Assembly: GCA_964106645.2 (NCBI GenBank)
Contig: OZ067045.1
Strand: one strand, 5' to 3'
Length of the DNA: 64,000 bases
Source: Podarcis pityusensis
Lineage: Eukaryota
Position numbers and translations under genes: made by a program. Shown in pieces: positions 12,787 to 25,809 of this stretch (its first letter is position 1; each line of letters begins with the position of its first letter). Below the pieces are notes generated by a model. That model worked only from the letters and a program-made list of their open reading frames with translations. It did no database searches and was not told the DNA's origin.

Positions 12787-13079
12787 GTTGTTTAGTTGTT
12801 TAGGCGTGTCCGACTCTTTGTGACCCCATGGACCAGAGCACGCCAGGCCCTCCTGTCTTCCACTTCCTCCCACAGTTTGGTCAAACTCATGTTTGTAGCT
12901 TCGAGAACACTGTCCAACCATCTCGTCCTCTGTCGTCCCCTTCTCCTTGTGCCCTCAATCTTTCCCAACATCAGGGTCTTTTCCAGGGAGTCTTCTCTTC
13001 TCATGAGGTGGCCAAAGTATTGGCGCCTCAGCTTCAGGAGCTGTCCTTCCAGTGTGCACTCAGGGCTGATTTCCTTAAG
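12787..13079 (-). mobile_element. BovB (RTE clade) LINE, 5'-truncated 3' end; open C-terminal ORF fragment
   Basis: ORF 12792-13094 reads LKEISPECTLEGQLLKLRRQYFGHLMRREDSLEKTLMLGKIEGTRRRGRQRTRWLD...AWRALVHGVTKSRTRL, the BovB C-terminus; possible short TSD aacat. Confidence 0.95.
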
Positions 13080-13299
13080 AACATACCCTCCCACATTTCA
13101 CAGCAGCTCTGTGAACACTCTGCTTTTGTTGCTTTTTTTTCTGAAAAAAGCCTGTCCTGCCCAGATTTCAAAGCAAAGCAAAGATTTCTTTCTTTCTTAC
13201 AGTTAGGAAACAAAGCATATTGGTCTTCTAATATGTTACGCTGCTCCCATGTTCAAAGTGAGTCTCAGCAGCCATGGTTTGGGAAATGATTTAGCATGC

Positions 13300-13690
13300 T
13301 ACTTGGGGTGTATGTAGCAATTGGCTACTCAGTGGCTAAAAGTGCCTTTTACCAGCTGCGACTGGTGCAACAGCCAGTGCTTTTCTTCTTCTTCTGGGGG
13401 TATGCAGGGGTATGCTTGCCCCTAAACATTTTGTGAATCTAAGTTTGGCCTCATTGAGGGACAGTATTTCAATATGAGTAGGAAAATGAGAGTACCCCTA
13501 CACATTTTTTTTTTTAAGAAAAACAGCAGTGACAACAGCTATGACCATTTCTGGACTGGGAGAGAGCTGGCTGGGCCACCTTAGTTTATGCATTGGTTGC
13601 TTCGAGACTGGGTAACTGCAATGTGGGGCTTCCTTTGCGCTTAATCCAGAAGTTGAAGTTAGTGCTGAATGCTCAGCATGATTACTGATG
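13300..13690 (+). mobile_element. L2 ORF2 remnant interrupted by a hAT MITE
   Basis: Reads VAKSAFYQLRLVQQL before the insert and resumes with degenerate PFLD...ALVASRLGNCN..GLPL..IQKLKLV.NA, L2-type RT C-terminal motifs. Confidence 0.75.
13375..13531. mobile_element. hAT-type MITE
   Basis: TSD gcaacagc / acaacagc (7/8); degenerate TIRs cagtgctttt / aaacagcagtg. Confidence 0.8.
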
Positions 13691-14404
13691 TGGGAGAAAT
13701 TTCCCTTAAGGGTTCAAGTACAGAGGCTCACACACTGAATTCCCAAGGAGTCAGTAATGCATTACCAGTCAGAGTCCAAAGAATATGAAAGAGCATTTCC
13801 AGTAGGACACATACTATATAGAGTAACTATACATTATCTTAGCTGTTCATCTTTTACCCAACCACCTCCAGCACTTCATTATCTCTCATCCAACCACAAT
13901 CCTTGAAGTACAACTTACTCATCCCTTTTTTTTACTATGCACATCAAACCCCTCATTGTACCTTAACTCAAGTTGTTTTCCTCTTCAACATTTAGCCATT
14001 AAGTTCCTCTTTAACTGGTTCTTGCCAGTTTTGTGGTCAGGCCACCTATTTTCACATCACTGACCCTGTCAACATATGGCACCTGTGCTCAGAGATCTGC
14101 ACTTCTTTTTACTGGGCCAATAGATAGTGGGCAATAAAAATAAACTCACTACATTGGGGCTGATTTTAATTCTGTTTTCTTTCAAAGTTCTGATTGTATA
14201 TGTCATAAAGGTTCTTGCTTGAGTGGTGTGTGAGAGAGCTGCCAGCCATTGTTTATAAAGTTGGTTGCTAGGGAGAGAAAATAGGTCTGTTGCTAATTTG
14301 TTAGACTGTTGACTGACTTTCAAACACCCTGGCCAAGAACTCTAATCTTCAGTCTCTGTGAAGGTATAATCCCACTGTGTTGAGCAAAAGTTTCCTCTTC
14401 CCCC

Positions 14405-14855
14405 TGAGGAAATGAATATATAAATTTAATCAGAATAACTCAGGGAGGCAAAACAGGTGGAAAGGCCGATCAAGAGGCTGTTCTTCTTCATATATTGCTT
14501 AGGGACAGATATTAGGGCAAATATTCTGACAATCGAGAGCACAGCATTTGCTAGCTATGAAGGTAAAGACCTAAGCTATTAATTTGATCCCAAAATTGTC
14601 ACAAGAATGATTTACAGGGACATTGCATTGGGATATTTTAAATAAAGGTTGATGGGAGCCAACTTATCGATTGCTGGAAGGAGCAGCACTTTACTTTAGA
14701 TGAAAGGGTTTCTATCATTAAAGCTCTGGAAATATCTGCTATTAATAATACCTGAATAACCACATTTGTTGTTAGATTCCCACAATCCATTCGAAACCCT
14801 ATGAACTGTAATATCTTTGTAGTCTCAGATGGATCCATTAAAAATTATTGCCCAG
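14405..14855. promoter_or_regulatory. Candidate conserved non-coding element (enhancer-like)
   Basis: Repeat-free block with many TAAT/ATTA cores and a TGATTTAC PBX-HOX-like site; conservation inferred, not tested. Confidence 0.35.
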
Positions 14856-15541
14856 GATTGTGGTGACTGAGCACATAGTTTCCCCCTTACCAGCAATGTC
14901 CTTTAGGGTGAATAGGCATAAGTGGTCTTGAGATGGGATACACTTACCTGTTTGCCTGGGGGTAAAAAAAACATCCAGGCGATTGTATGCACATTCTTGC
15001 ATGTGCTAGCATCAGAGCTGTGCTTTGCAGGGGGTGGTAGCTCAGTGGAAGGGTGCTCCATTCCTTCCAAATATTATGTAAGGACCACATTGCAAATAAA
15101 ATGCTTGCAGATTACTTCAGTCCAATTTAGAGTTTCTGGTTAGAGAATGGTGAGCACTTAGGCACTGAATTCAGGCCTGCTGAGCAAAAACGTTACACAG
15201 AGAGTATTTCAAATGCTCCTAAGGAATGCATTCAAAAGCTTTGTAAGGTACATCAATATTATTATCACAGTATTGCATATGGTGTCTTGCTTCAAACAAC
15301 CTAGTCAGTGGGCCAAATTCTGATCTCACCACAAGTCTGACAGATGGGTAGGGCATACAGAGCGGCAAGCGCTGAGCTATGCAAGCTTTGATAATCAGCC
15401 GATTGTTGGCACTGGCAAATTGCAATCATCTGGTTGATGGTATTTGCAAACATGCTTTGGCCCAGCCACATTGTCACCTGTCCAGCACCTGATGTCATAC
15501 ATAACACCAGGTGGTCCTAAATAGGCCTTAATGAGTATGTT

Positions 15542-15826
15542 TAGGTGTAGCAATGCTATCTGGCATCTGTAGGAAGCTGCCTGAGTCCCAGCATCCAAGA
15601 GGGGCCATCAGTTCCACCGTCTACATCATGTAGCTTGGTCTGGAAAGCTGTATTTCGCATTTTCCTATAATGCCCTGGAGCGCCTGACGTAGCACTCTGT
15701 GGAGCACCATAGGGAATTTCAAATGTTGACTTCTGAGCAAGGTGAGTCCCACATCAGGGGTATACTGATGGGAGCCCAGCAGATAGCACTTTATAGAGAG
15801 CCCTCATAGTCCTGGAACCAGCCCTG
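15542..15826. mobile_element. Probable hAT-type MITE
   Basis: Direct repeat agtatgtt at 15534-15541 and 15827-15834; hAT-like right end ggaaccagccctg; left TIR degenerate. Confidence 0.5.
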
Positions 15827-15954
15827 AGTATGTTTAACCACGGACTGTGCCAAACTTAGCATTCATTCTTTGTCAACAATGCTACAACAGCCAGTACACT
15901 TAAAGGTTTAATGGAAGGTTACCATAACTGGGAGACTTGTTTTGGATTGTTTCT

Positions 15955-16075
15955 GGGTCCTGTCTGCGCTATACATTTTAAAGCAGTATCATACCACTTT
16001 GAACAGTCATGGCTTCTTCCTCCAGAGATTCCTGGGCACTATAGTTTGTTAAGGGCACTGATTTCCACAGCTCCC
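15955..16075. repeat. Interspersed lizard repeat (non-autonomous DNA-element-like); other copies at ~20365-20525, 23440-23530, 47150-47270, 48350-48485
   Basis: Shared atacatttaaagc..ataccactttgaacagtcatggcttc..ctggg..tagtttgttaaggg. Confidence 0.6.
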
Positions 16076-16699
16076 CAAGAAGAGGGGTTGAAATTTAGGC
16101 CGCTTTGACCTAAGTAAATAATCTCCATTAATTGCAATGGGTCTAGTCTGCGTATGTCTAATACTGGATACAACCCTTTATAAATAGCCTTATGATATCC
16201 TTTTGAATAAGTTGCATTGACCGTTTGATCATTATTAGCAGAAGCAAAGCTGCCTTGCAGTAATTTCAGCAAGGTTTCTCCACAAAGAGAAACAAGCTCA
16301 TAGATTCTTCATATATTTGGAGGTGATTAATCAACACACTTGCCTTTTTGCCTCTTTTGCGGAGGAGATAATAATGGCAGAAAGTGGAGTCTGGTTTTAG
16401 TAAACCACTCCTGGCAATCATTTTAAGCAAAGACTCTCACAGGCCTAACAGTCAATTTAAGCCTAATGAAAATATATTATTTCTTTCTAACGAAGTCAGA
16501 GAAGTACCCTAAAAGGGGGGGGGGAGAGAAGAGTGAAGTAGAAGGCAGGCTGGGGGGGGGGGGACGACGACGGATGGACTCAGTCTATCTGGAGTATATC
16601 TCAGCACCTTAAATACCACTAACTTTTGAAATGTTTCATTTCAGTTTGACACATTGATTTCCACATTTCTTAAAGATGATATGCAATGGATACTAGTCA

Positions 16700-16860
16700 C
16701 GATAGCTATGTTCTACCTCCACTGTTGGAGGCAGTAATGCCTCTGAATAGCAGATGTAGCCTGCTTGCAAGCTTCCCAGAGGCATCTGATTGGCCACTGT
16801 GAGAACTGGATGCTGGCCTAGATGGACTATTGGCCAGATTCAGCAGGGTTTTGTTATGGA
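16700..16860 (+). mobile_element. CR1 3'UTR fragment
   Basis: ctacctccactgttggaggcagtaatgcctctgaata ... ggatgctggcctagatggactattggccagattcagcagg. Confidence 0.7.
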
Positions 16861-17150
16861 AAGCCACATGGCTCATAGAAATAAGATACATCTGTCAGGG
16901 GAACTTGTGGTTTCTGTAGGTTCTCTGTCTCTACCCTTCACAGCTCTGCCATGTGCTAAGAAGTAGCATATGATACAGTTGATGCAATAGCTCTTTCTCA
17001 TGGAGGATGCAAACTGGAGGGATCCTTTCGCATGCCTTCTGGTTGTGTGCCGCTTGCCAATTAAACAATCCTAAGGCCTTTTAAACTGTATATGAGCGGG
17101 TTGTTGGTTTTGCTTGTTACTATGTTGTGCATTTTTGTGAATTTATATTG

Positions 17151-17333
17151 TAGGGTTGCCATATTTCAAAAAGTTAAAAACCAGGGCACCCCCAAAATTG
17201 TTGAGCCTTTTTTTCTTTTTTTACAAAAATGCCAGAAAAACACGATTTTGTCTGAGATCCCGGACAAAGTGCTGCCTTTTGGAAATTCGGACATAAATTC
17301 CGCCTTTGAAATCCTGGGTGTAAGGCAGCCCTA
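17151..17333. mobile_element. hAT-type MITE inserted in an L2 3' tail
   Basis: TIRs tagggttgcc / ggcagcccta; TSD ttatattg / ttatattt; L2 tail (aaactgccctgtgattgtcagatgaagggcag) resumes after it. Confidence 0.85.
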
Positions 17334-17569
17334 TTATATTTCAAACTGCCCTGTGATTGTCAGATGAAGGGCAGTAAAGAAATATATATATTATTACATT
17401 CTCTGCTCTTACAATATGATATATTAGCATCATACTCAGGCCAACCCAATACGTAGACCAAAAGTAAGTAGGTGTTCAGGGTATTTTTACCATCACTGTC
17501 CTTCCTTGTATTCTATGCTTTTGTTAGAATATCAGGACTAGTGGTGTAGTGGTAAATTGAGACAGCTCC

Positions 17570-17765
17570 CTCCTCCATGAATTTGTCTAATCCTCTTTTA
17601 AAGCCATCTATGCTGGCGACCATCACTGTCTCCTGTGAGAGCAAGTTCTATAATATAATATAACTATGCACTGTGTGAAGAAGGACTTTCTTTTATCTGT
17701 CCTGAGTCTTCCAACATTCAGCTTCAATGAGTTCTAGTGTTAGGAGAAAGGGAGAGAAATTTTCC
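17570..17765 (-). mobile_element. CR1 fragment
   Basis: ctccatgaatttgtctaatcctcttttaaagccatcta ... cttttatctgtcctgagtcttccaacattcagcttcaat. Confidence 0.75.
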
Positions 17766-18949
17766 TCTGCTGCCAGTCGCTTTAGACAACACTGAGCTAG
17801 ACAGACTAATTCCCTGGCTCTGTGTATGTTCCTATGCCATTGTTAGCTTGCTCTATGCTAATCTGTCACAAATACAGAAGCCCAAATATCATCCCATTCA
17901 CTTGTTAGTGCAAAGGGAACCCACTAGTTGCTCTGACGCTCCAGGAAATGACACCATTGCTCTTGCACTGAAAGAGGTCCTAGAGCTCTGCTCTCCACCA
18001 TTCCCCTTCCATCACACCACTGCTCAGGACCTCTGCTATGAACACCAGCCTGGTCTTTGGCTCAGACTGAGAGGTGCCAACCAGAACTGTCAGATCACGG
18101 AGGATGGAGAAAGAGATTCTGGAGACTGACCCAGTCCCTGCAATATGACGAGGCTTCAGCCAAAGAGCCCAGGCCCATCAGATTGTGGTCCCTGGATCTG
18201 TAAACCATGAACCACTGTGGAACCAGACAGGAAAGAGTTCTTTCATAGATGCTCTCAGTGCAGGATGGAAAAGTTTAAATGTAAGAGCAAATTTAACATA
18301 TGACAAGGCTTCTCCTCATGCAAGGCGAAAGGATCAAAAGGATCTGAAGATGAGTTTTCTATTTCTTTCCAAGAGGTTCCCATGCTCTCATTATATTTTT
18401 AAGTTCCAGAGAGAAGCCTTTGGCTCCTACAGTTTTGAATAAATTGTACCCACAAAAGCAACTTCCCTCCTCAGGAATGTGGAAATAAAGATTTATAATA
18501 ATCAGCGCGGTCAGTAATCAGGGCATATTTTAATGTCTTTCTGAGATATGATGGTCCACAAAAGAGTAATATTCCACACATGGCAAAGTGATTTGCTAAT
18601 GGTCATCAGATCATTTGGAGAGAGACTGAGAGCAGGGGGAATGCAACTCTGGATGAATACATAAGTGAAGATTTGGGGATGGAGTAAGACGTTTTGACAC
18701 CAATATGAAACCTCTACAAATGACCTCCCTTTTGGCTTTTACTAGGGATATCATCTAAATTAATTAACATTAACCTCAGTGCTGTGTGAAGAAAGTTGGA
18801 GTGAATGATTCAATTCCTCTACCTTGCAAGCAAATACGCTCCCCATTTTATTTCAGGTATGTTTTCACCTACCCACCCAGCTTGGGGGACTACCTCTAAA
18901 CCTGCCCATGTCTACATTCAAATATTAATATGTCACTTTGGTGTTAATG

Positions 18950-19100
18950 CTTCTGAATACCAGTTCCTGGAAACCATAGGAGGGGAGAGGGCTTTTGGGC
19001 TCAAATCCTGCTTTCCTGGCTGGTCCTTGTGGGAATAGGATGCTGGACTAGATAGGCCCCCTTTGGCCTAAACTGGCTTTACTTATGTTCCTATGTTCTT
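18950..19100 (+). mobile_element. CR1 3'UTR end
   Basis: atgcttctgaataccagtt ... aggatgctggactagatagg ... cttatgttcctatgttctta tail. Confidence 0.7.
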
Positions 19101-21259
19101 AAGCCTGCTAGCAAGAGGGAGGAACTCCATGCAATTTCAGACCAACCAGAACTTCATCTGTAGATCAGAAAGTGGGTGATCCACTGAGCCAGAAAGCAAG
19201 GTGGCCCAAGGGCATAGGGTTTTCTCTCTTTCTCCAGTAGGATCAACTTGTAATCACCAAGCAATCTTCTAGAGCCTCTGGCTACGTTCTTCTTAGTTAC
19301 CAGATGACTTCCCCAGCTTCCAAGAACCTTCATCCTTGAACATGGGACTCAGTAGAAGTTTGAGGGTGGTTCAGGCAGGTAGTGGTTCAGACATCAATTG
19401 GATGGAGCTAGCATTTCAGGACCTTGGATAGTTCCAAGCAGAACACTTGCTCCAACAATAACCTACTTGGGGACATTTTTGGGCACAGGATCTTAATCAC
19501 CTGAAGGAGAATGGAGCCCTGCCTGACCAATCCAGCAATTCTATGATTCTGTGAATACAAATATCATTGCATGCACACAACCCTCTCTTCACACCTCATC
19601 TTCTGTGCATGGTGGAAGGGTATGTGTGTGTGTATTCCTATACCCTTAGAGCAATTGGCTCATGAAGTGCCACTTACTCAGTCCCTGTCAAATTAAAGAG
19701 AAGGAGAGACAAGCAGAAGTTAAGGAAGCAAAATGCCTGCTTTCTCAGCTGCTGAAGGGGTTAAACAGGCTGCAATGTGAACAATAGGCTGCTCTGTGAT
19801 TTTCTCTTAAGAAGCGCAAAGGTAATGCCATCTGACAGGTGCTGTATAACGCCAGACCTTTAAAAGGCAGATCACTCTTTTCTCATTCACTTTGGCCTCT
19901 GCTAGGAGCCAGCTATCCAATCACACATCACTGTCAGCCATCTAGATGGGAAAAGGAGAGGAGGGGGTTCTTACACCCAGATAGTGCAATTGTTAGTGAG
20001 GTGGGTAGGGATGTGGGAGGGGTGACTGTGTGATTTGGTGGTTTGTTTGCTTATTCATATAATAGTACCAACAATGTACATACATGTACATGGATCTATC
20101 CAGTGTTACACAGGGGAAAGCAACAGTTCCTGGGTCAGAAAAACCTGTTCATGCTGACAGTATGGTGAGTCAGCAGCTTAAAAGGAAATAATAGAGGGGA
20201 AAGGCTAACAAGCAACAGAGAGAAGGGAGGAATGGAAGAGTCAATGGTAGGGACAAAGGATAAATGGGAACAAACCCTGTTTCATATGCTTTCACTTTGT
20301 TTCAGTTAGTGATAATGGAGAATGAGTTTGTATGATTCAAAAAGGCCACAGAGTGGTTGATAGCTTAGGCCACATCCACACTATACATTTAAAGCGCTAC
20401 AATACCACTTTGAGCAGTCATGGCTTCTTCCAAAGAATCATGAGAAGTGTAGTTTGTTGAGGGTTGTTAGGAGGTCCCTGTTCCTTTCACCGAGCGACAA
20501 TTCCCAGATTGCTAAACCACTCTGGCAAAAGAGCAGATTTATTCAAATTAAAATAACTGCTCGTAAGCACAATAACTCCCTCTGGGGAAAACAAATAATG
20601 ACTTCATGATTGCATTTAGCACAAGAGGAAGGAAATGCCAAAAATGAGCAAAGCAGTTGGACGCTGGTCTAATTTTTTTGACTAGCATTTTCTCTTCCTC
20701 TCCATTGCAGGCACTGTAACAACCAGAAGGCTATATGCACATTGACCATAGTATGTGCCATAATTTACAAGGTTCAGATCTAAGTCCCAAACTATGCCTG
20801 GAGATTATATATGTGATGTTGGAGACTCTGGGTGTAAATCCACTACTCGGCCATAAAACATACTGTTGCCATAAGCCCAACCTAACCTCACAAGTTTTGA
20901 AGGTAAATGAGACATGAATATTGTCTGCTCTTATGATCCCCAATGTACTTCATAGAAATGGTACATAACTATGATGTTTCTGCATCTGCTCTGGTTTCCA
21001 AAAGAGAATTCTCAAAACAGTCATTGAATTACAGCTCCCAAGATGTCTTGTGGGAAAGCCATGATAGTAGTCCATAGGGTAGCCAACTTCCCCAACTTTT
21101 GCTTCCTAAATATTGTTGGGCTGCCTCTCCCATCACCCATCTTGATTGTAGTCCAAGGCATTACTGATGGCTCAATGTTGGAGAAGGTTAGAGTAGGCAG
21201 ACAAAGTGTTGAACTGGAGGACAAAGGAAACACACATGTGAACACAGTCATTCCATCTC

Positions 21260-21415
21260 CCCTATTTATCCAAGAAGCCTAATGAGGTGTATGAGGTAGC
21301 TTAGGCTGAGAGACAGTGACTGGCCCAAGGTCACCCAGGTAGCCTTATTGCCAAGTAGAGATTTTAACCCTGGTCTCCCAGGTCCTAGTCTTGACACTTT
21401 AACCACTACACAATA
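21260..21415 (-). mobile_element. Squam3/MIR-like L2-related SINE, degenerate (similar copy at ~58500-58680)
   Basis: ggctgagagacagtgactggcccaaggtcacccag ... ttaaccactacac is the reverse complement of the Squam3-type head. Confidence 0.65.
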
Positions 21416-22449
21416 GTACACTGCTCCATATATACACACATTTTTTCATTGAAATGTTTCAAGAGAGCTTAAATGTCATCCAGACAATTTACCACTGTGT
21501 GGGGTAAGGCAACGCTGTTATTTTCAAGAGAGATAAAACTGTCATCCCTTGCTTTATGATGTCATCTCAATAGCTTCATGATTATGATGTCATATTGAAA
21601 GCAATCCTAGATGAAATTAAAGAGAAGACCCCTCACGTTAGGTCAGGACTATGAAAACGACAGGCACTGAGAGCAAAGAATAATGCTAGGAGGTCCTTCT
21701 AGCTGTCTGCACTTCCCAGCACATCTCAGCACAGAATGGTTATTGCCGCCATTCTCATTCACATGTATATCTCTGCAAGCTATTTACTTAATCAATGGGT
21801 TACTCCCTCCACCCCCTGCTCCCTTGAGGTCTGCTTTCTGTTGAATAAAGATAAAGCCTTCTCTAAATTACCAAACTGTCAAGAAATGCACTCGTTTGGA
21901 GAGAGGGAGAGAGGGAGAGAGATGAAGAGCAAAGCTAAGCATCAGGTACCATGGGAATTATAAAATGGTTAGCAGCATCTCAGGTTGCAATCCTACCACG
22001 GTTGTTATTATCTTTCTAGGTGCATTCAGTTGATTGAAAGTGTTTTAATTTTGAAAAATACATTTAGGGGGCGATTCACCCGGCAGGGTGAAGGACTGTA
22101 GTGTAAACTGAATATCGGTTGCTGGAAGCCCCATGACTGGCGGGGAGGGGGGAGTGCTCTTCTACTCAGATCCTGCTTGCCACTGTAGAACAGGATACTT
22201 GGCTACATGGGCCTGATCCAGTAGGCTATTCTTATGAGGGTTGTCTACAGCTGCATCCTCCTCAGAGCAGACACATCAAAACTGATAGATCTAAGTTATT
22301 CCTATCCAGGCCCTTCAACTATATTTGGCCTTTTTGCATGGGTGGAATGTTTTGATGTAGCTTTTGTCTTCTGCTTAAATTGTTGTAAGCCACTTTGCGT
22401 TCCCATGGCAAAAAGGCAACTAATAAATGTAATTTGTTTGTTTATTTAT

Positions 22450-22532
22450 TTAGCTGTGATTCCTGAATTGCAGAGGGTTAGACTAGATGACCCTTGGGAT
22501 CCCTTCCAACTCTACAATCCTAAGATTCTGTG
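22450..22532 (+). mobile_element. CR1 3' tail, followed by (TAC)n/(TAA)n microsatellite at 22536-22578
   Basis: gattcctgaattgcagagggttagactagatgacccttgggatcccttccaactctacaatcctaagattctgtg. Confidence 0.8.
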
Positions 22533-22535
22533 AAA

Positions 22536-22570
<35 letters not shown>

Positions 22571-23592
22571 ATAATAATGGGCACAATCAACAATGAGCAA
22601 TGTTTGTACCTTGGAGCATGTGCATTGTGGAATCTGGCCTTTCCTGTTCCCTACCAGCAGCTATGCATAATGTTCCATTTAACATTGGGATAGCAGAGAT
22701 CAGTATTATTTCCATCAATTTTGTGAGGAGGAGGGAAATCTCACTGCTGTCAAAAAGGTGCACAGTATGAGACATATAGGAATCCTCTGCAGCAATTAAC
22801 AGCATTTTTATAAAAGTCATCAAGGCCCCTACAAATTGAGTCTGAACAGGAGCTCATCAGGTGCCACTAATCAGGTAGGTAGCTCCTCTTGCAATGAGAA
22901 GGAAAGGTAGGTAGGCAGGTAGGTAGAAAAAGAAAGGAAGGAAGCTACTCTTGCTGAAAGCAAAGGGGACATTTGGTGCCAGATTTACTCATCTTACCCT
23001 TCCTTCCAATTTCTATCTAGCTCCATCCTGAGGTTGTGAGTAGCTTATGCAAATACATAAGATATTTCTTTTCTTTTTTTGAAAAAAAGAAGGGTGGGAG
23101 AAGTCCCCTGAGAATTAATTTATCCACTTAATATCTCACCGACCTCTCCAAAGCTGACATTGCCCTGAGGTGGTGACTCTAAGAAAACATTTTGCTGTGG
23201 CTCAGAGTGCTGTTTTACATGCCTGTGAACATGCATGTCCAGCAACCTTTATTCCCCAGGTCAGTGATTTTTTTGTGAGATTGCCCTTCTCTGCACTTTT
23301 GCTGCTGCACAGCAACTGGCCACGTGATGGTTATGTTCTGCCACCACAGTTGGAGGCAGCAATGCTTCTGAATACCAGTTGATGGAAACCCCAGGAGGGG
23401 AGAGGGCTCTTGGGCTCGGGTTCTGCTTGCTTATTTTCCCATTCCCAGTAGCCTTAACAAACTACAATTCCAAGGATTATTGCGGGGTGAGGAGTTGCGT
23501 GCTTGAAATGTATAGCATGGATCTGCCCTAGATCAGAATGTTTGTGGTCTGAGATGTCATGGGATATCTGTGGAAAGATACAGGATATGCAC

Positions 23593-24285
23593 TGATACGG
23601 AAGGGGGGGGGGATGTCTTCTTCACGTTCTTCTTCGCTACAATATATCCATTTATTTCCAATTGTCAATGTCAAAAGGGACTAAAATCTATAAAATTCAT
23701 AGAAATTCAACGTGCCAATTTGCTCAATTTCTCTAGGACTCCATGACACCTCCCCTGTCCTCCATAATCCCTCAAGCAAGGTGTCAAGACCCTAATCCTG
23801 TCAAATCGCTCTGCCAAGCCTTTCCTCCGGGCAATGCCAGGTGGCAGACTATGCATACATGGACCATTGTCTTCCCATCACCGGTACTCAGGATGTGCTT
23901 ATCTGCGCATATCTCCAGCTCTGCATATTCCCCCCTCCCTCCTCCATATGTTAATCCGGTGTAACCCAACCTCTTCCTAATGTATTCGTGATGTAATCTG
24001 TGTAACCCAACCTCTTCTTAATGTATTCATGATGTAACTGGGATGTATTTTGCACTGTATTCTGGGACATGGAGGGAAGTTTCAAAAGTTCATGTCACCC
24101 CTTTCTCGCTGTTCAATCTCGCCTTGAACCTGTTGCGCAATAAACTTGGATCTTCTGCAGCTTGCTGCTGTCTCCAGCTGAGCTCATTTTCCTCCGCAGG
24201 GACCCGCGGACTTAGTCCGACGAGCTGGGTGGCAGAGCAGCCTCGCACCCAGATTTTACCGTTGCACCCAGATTTTACCGTAACA
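23593..24285 (+). mobile_element. Solo LTR (693 bp), ERV or other LTR retroelement
   Basis: TG..CA ends with inverted repeat tgatacgg / ccgtaaca; perfect 5-bp TSD tgcac (23588-23592, 24286-24290); AATAAA at 24139-24144; 41-bp tandem duplication in U3. Confidence 0.88.
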
Positions 24286-25809
24286 TGCACCATCTGAAAA
24301 TGAAGCCAGCACTTGCTGTGTTGAATGTGGGGTCGTGCATGATGTTTCTGATAGCCTCATGAACACAAATACTCATGTATGGGCAGTAAAAAGAAGAACA
24401 TACAGACACTCTTCCCGTCTTCATGCTCCTGAGGGCAGCTGAGAGATACATTGCAGAATTGTACAAGTTCCTGGTTGGCTGCTTCCTGCACAAGTTCCTG
24501 GTTGGCTGCGGAAAATTGAACCTGCAATGTTTTCTGGTTCTTCTGAGTAGCCACAAAAATCAGTTTGCACAACTACTTTGAGCAAAGTAAAGTCAGCAAC
24601 AGCAATGAAACGAATGTTACCTGGGTGCTCTTTCCCTTGTTTTGGACACACTTGGAGATTCAGTGAGTGCCAAATAGCCTTTAAATTCTTTCCAAATGGT
24701 GTTTAATTCCATAACTAGCCCTAGCTATACACTTCACTTCAGGACCAGCTACTGTAGTTTTCAATCATCCTGGCATCATCCTAGCAGACAAATGACTGTG
24801 AATGGTATGCTAATGATCCTCTGGAGTGAAGCTTAAATGAAGCCTCTGGTTAGGTTGATGCTTAAATAAAAGCTTTCAGTGCTGGTAGTTGTCCCAACAG
24901 GGATGCTATTTTTAGTCTGACTTCTGAGTAAACCCAAGGAAAGCATGTTCAGTGCATAATGCTTAATTCCTCCAATGCTTCAGGGTGGAATTTGCGATGA
25001 CAGAACAGGAGAGTGAGGGCCAGAAGTAAATGGGACACCATTTGTGCAATTAGCAATGCAATGAATGCTTGTTTTTTAAGGTTTAAGTAGCAGCTGGTGT
25101 TGGAAAGATCCAGGTCAGGACCACAGCAGGGTGGCAAAGGATTAAAGCCCCCTCCCATCAGGGTCCAAATCTGTATGGTGAGCCCATGCCTGGCATTTCG
25201 AATTTTTATAACTGCATGCAACACTTTTTTTGGACCTAAGAAATGAATGATGATTTGATGCCAGCTACAGTCTCTGACAGCAGTGACACAACCCACCAGT
25301 ATGTTAAATTCTCACCCATAGCCATGTAAGCACACAATTTAGCAATAAGCTTCACCATAATCTGAGGAAAACAAGAAGAAGTCCTATTAAAAACAAGAAC
25401 TTCATGATCTTGGAAAATCAAGTTGAGTTCACCCTTTCAAAAAGCACATATGGCTTATTTGCTGCTGGAAATGTACATTGTATTCTTTGCTGTTTCGCTA
25501 ACAAAGCTAAACATTGTTATCATCATCTCTAGGTGTGAACACTAACAGATTTTCTTTTTTAAAAAATAGCAGCAGGTAATTATTTTTATAGAGAGGGAGA
25601 GAGGGAGGGAGAAGGAGGGAGGGAGGGAGGAAGAGAGATGCCACAAGTAGGGAAATATAGAAATGTTCAAGATGTCTTTTATGGTGGAAAGTCAGAACAC
25701 GAAGGTCAGTTGGTCATTTGGAAAGAATATCGCATTGATTTTTTTTATGGGTGCAGGACAAAGAATTTAGTACTGTAGATGACTTGGAAGCTTATATACC
25801 ACTGTCTGT

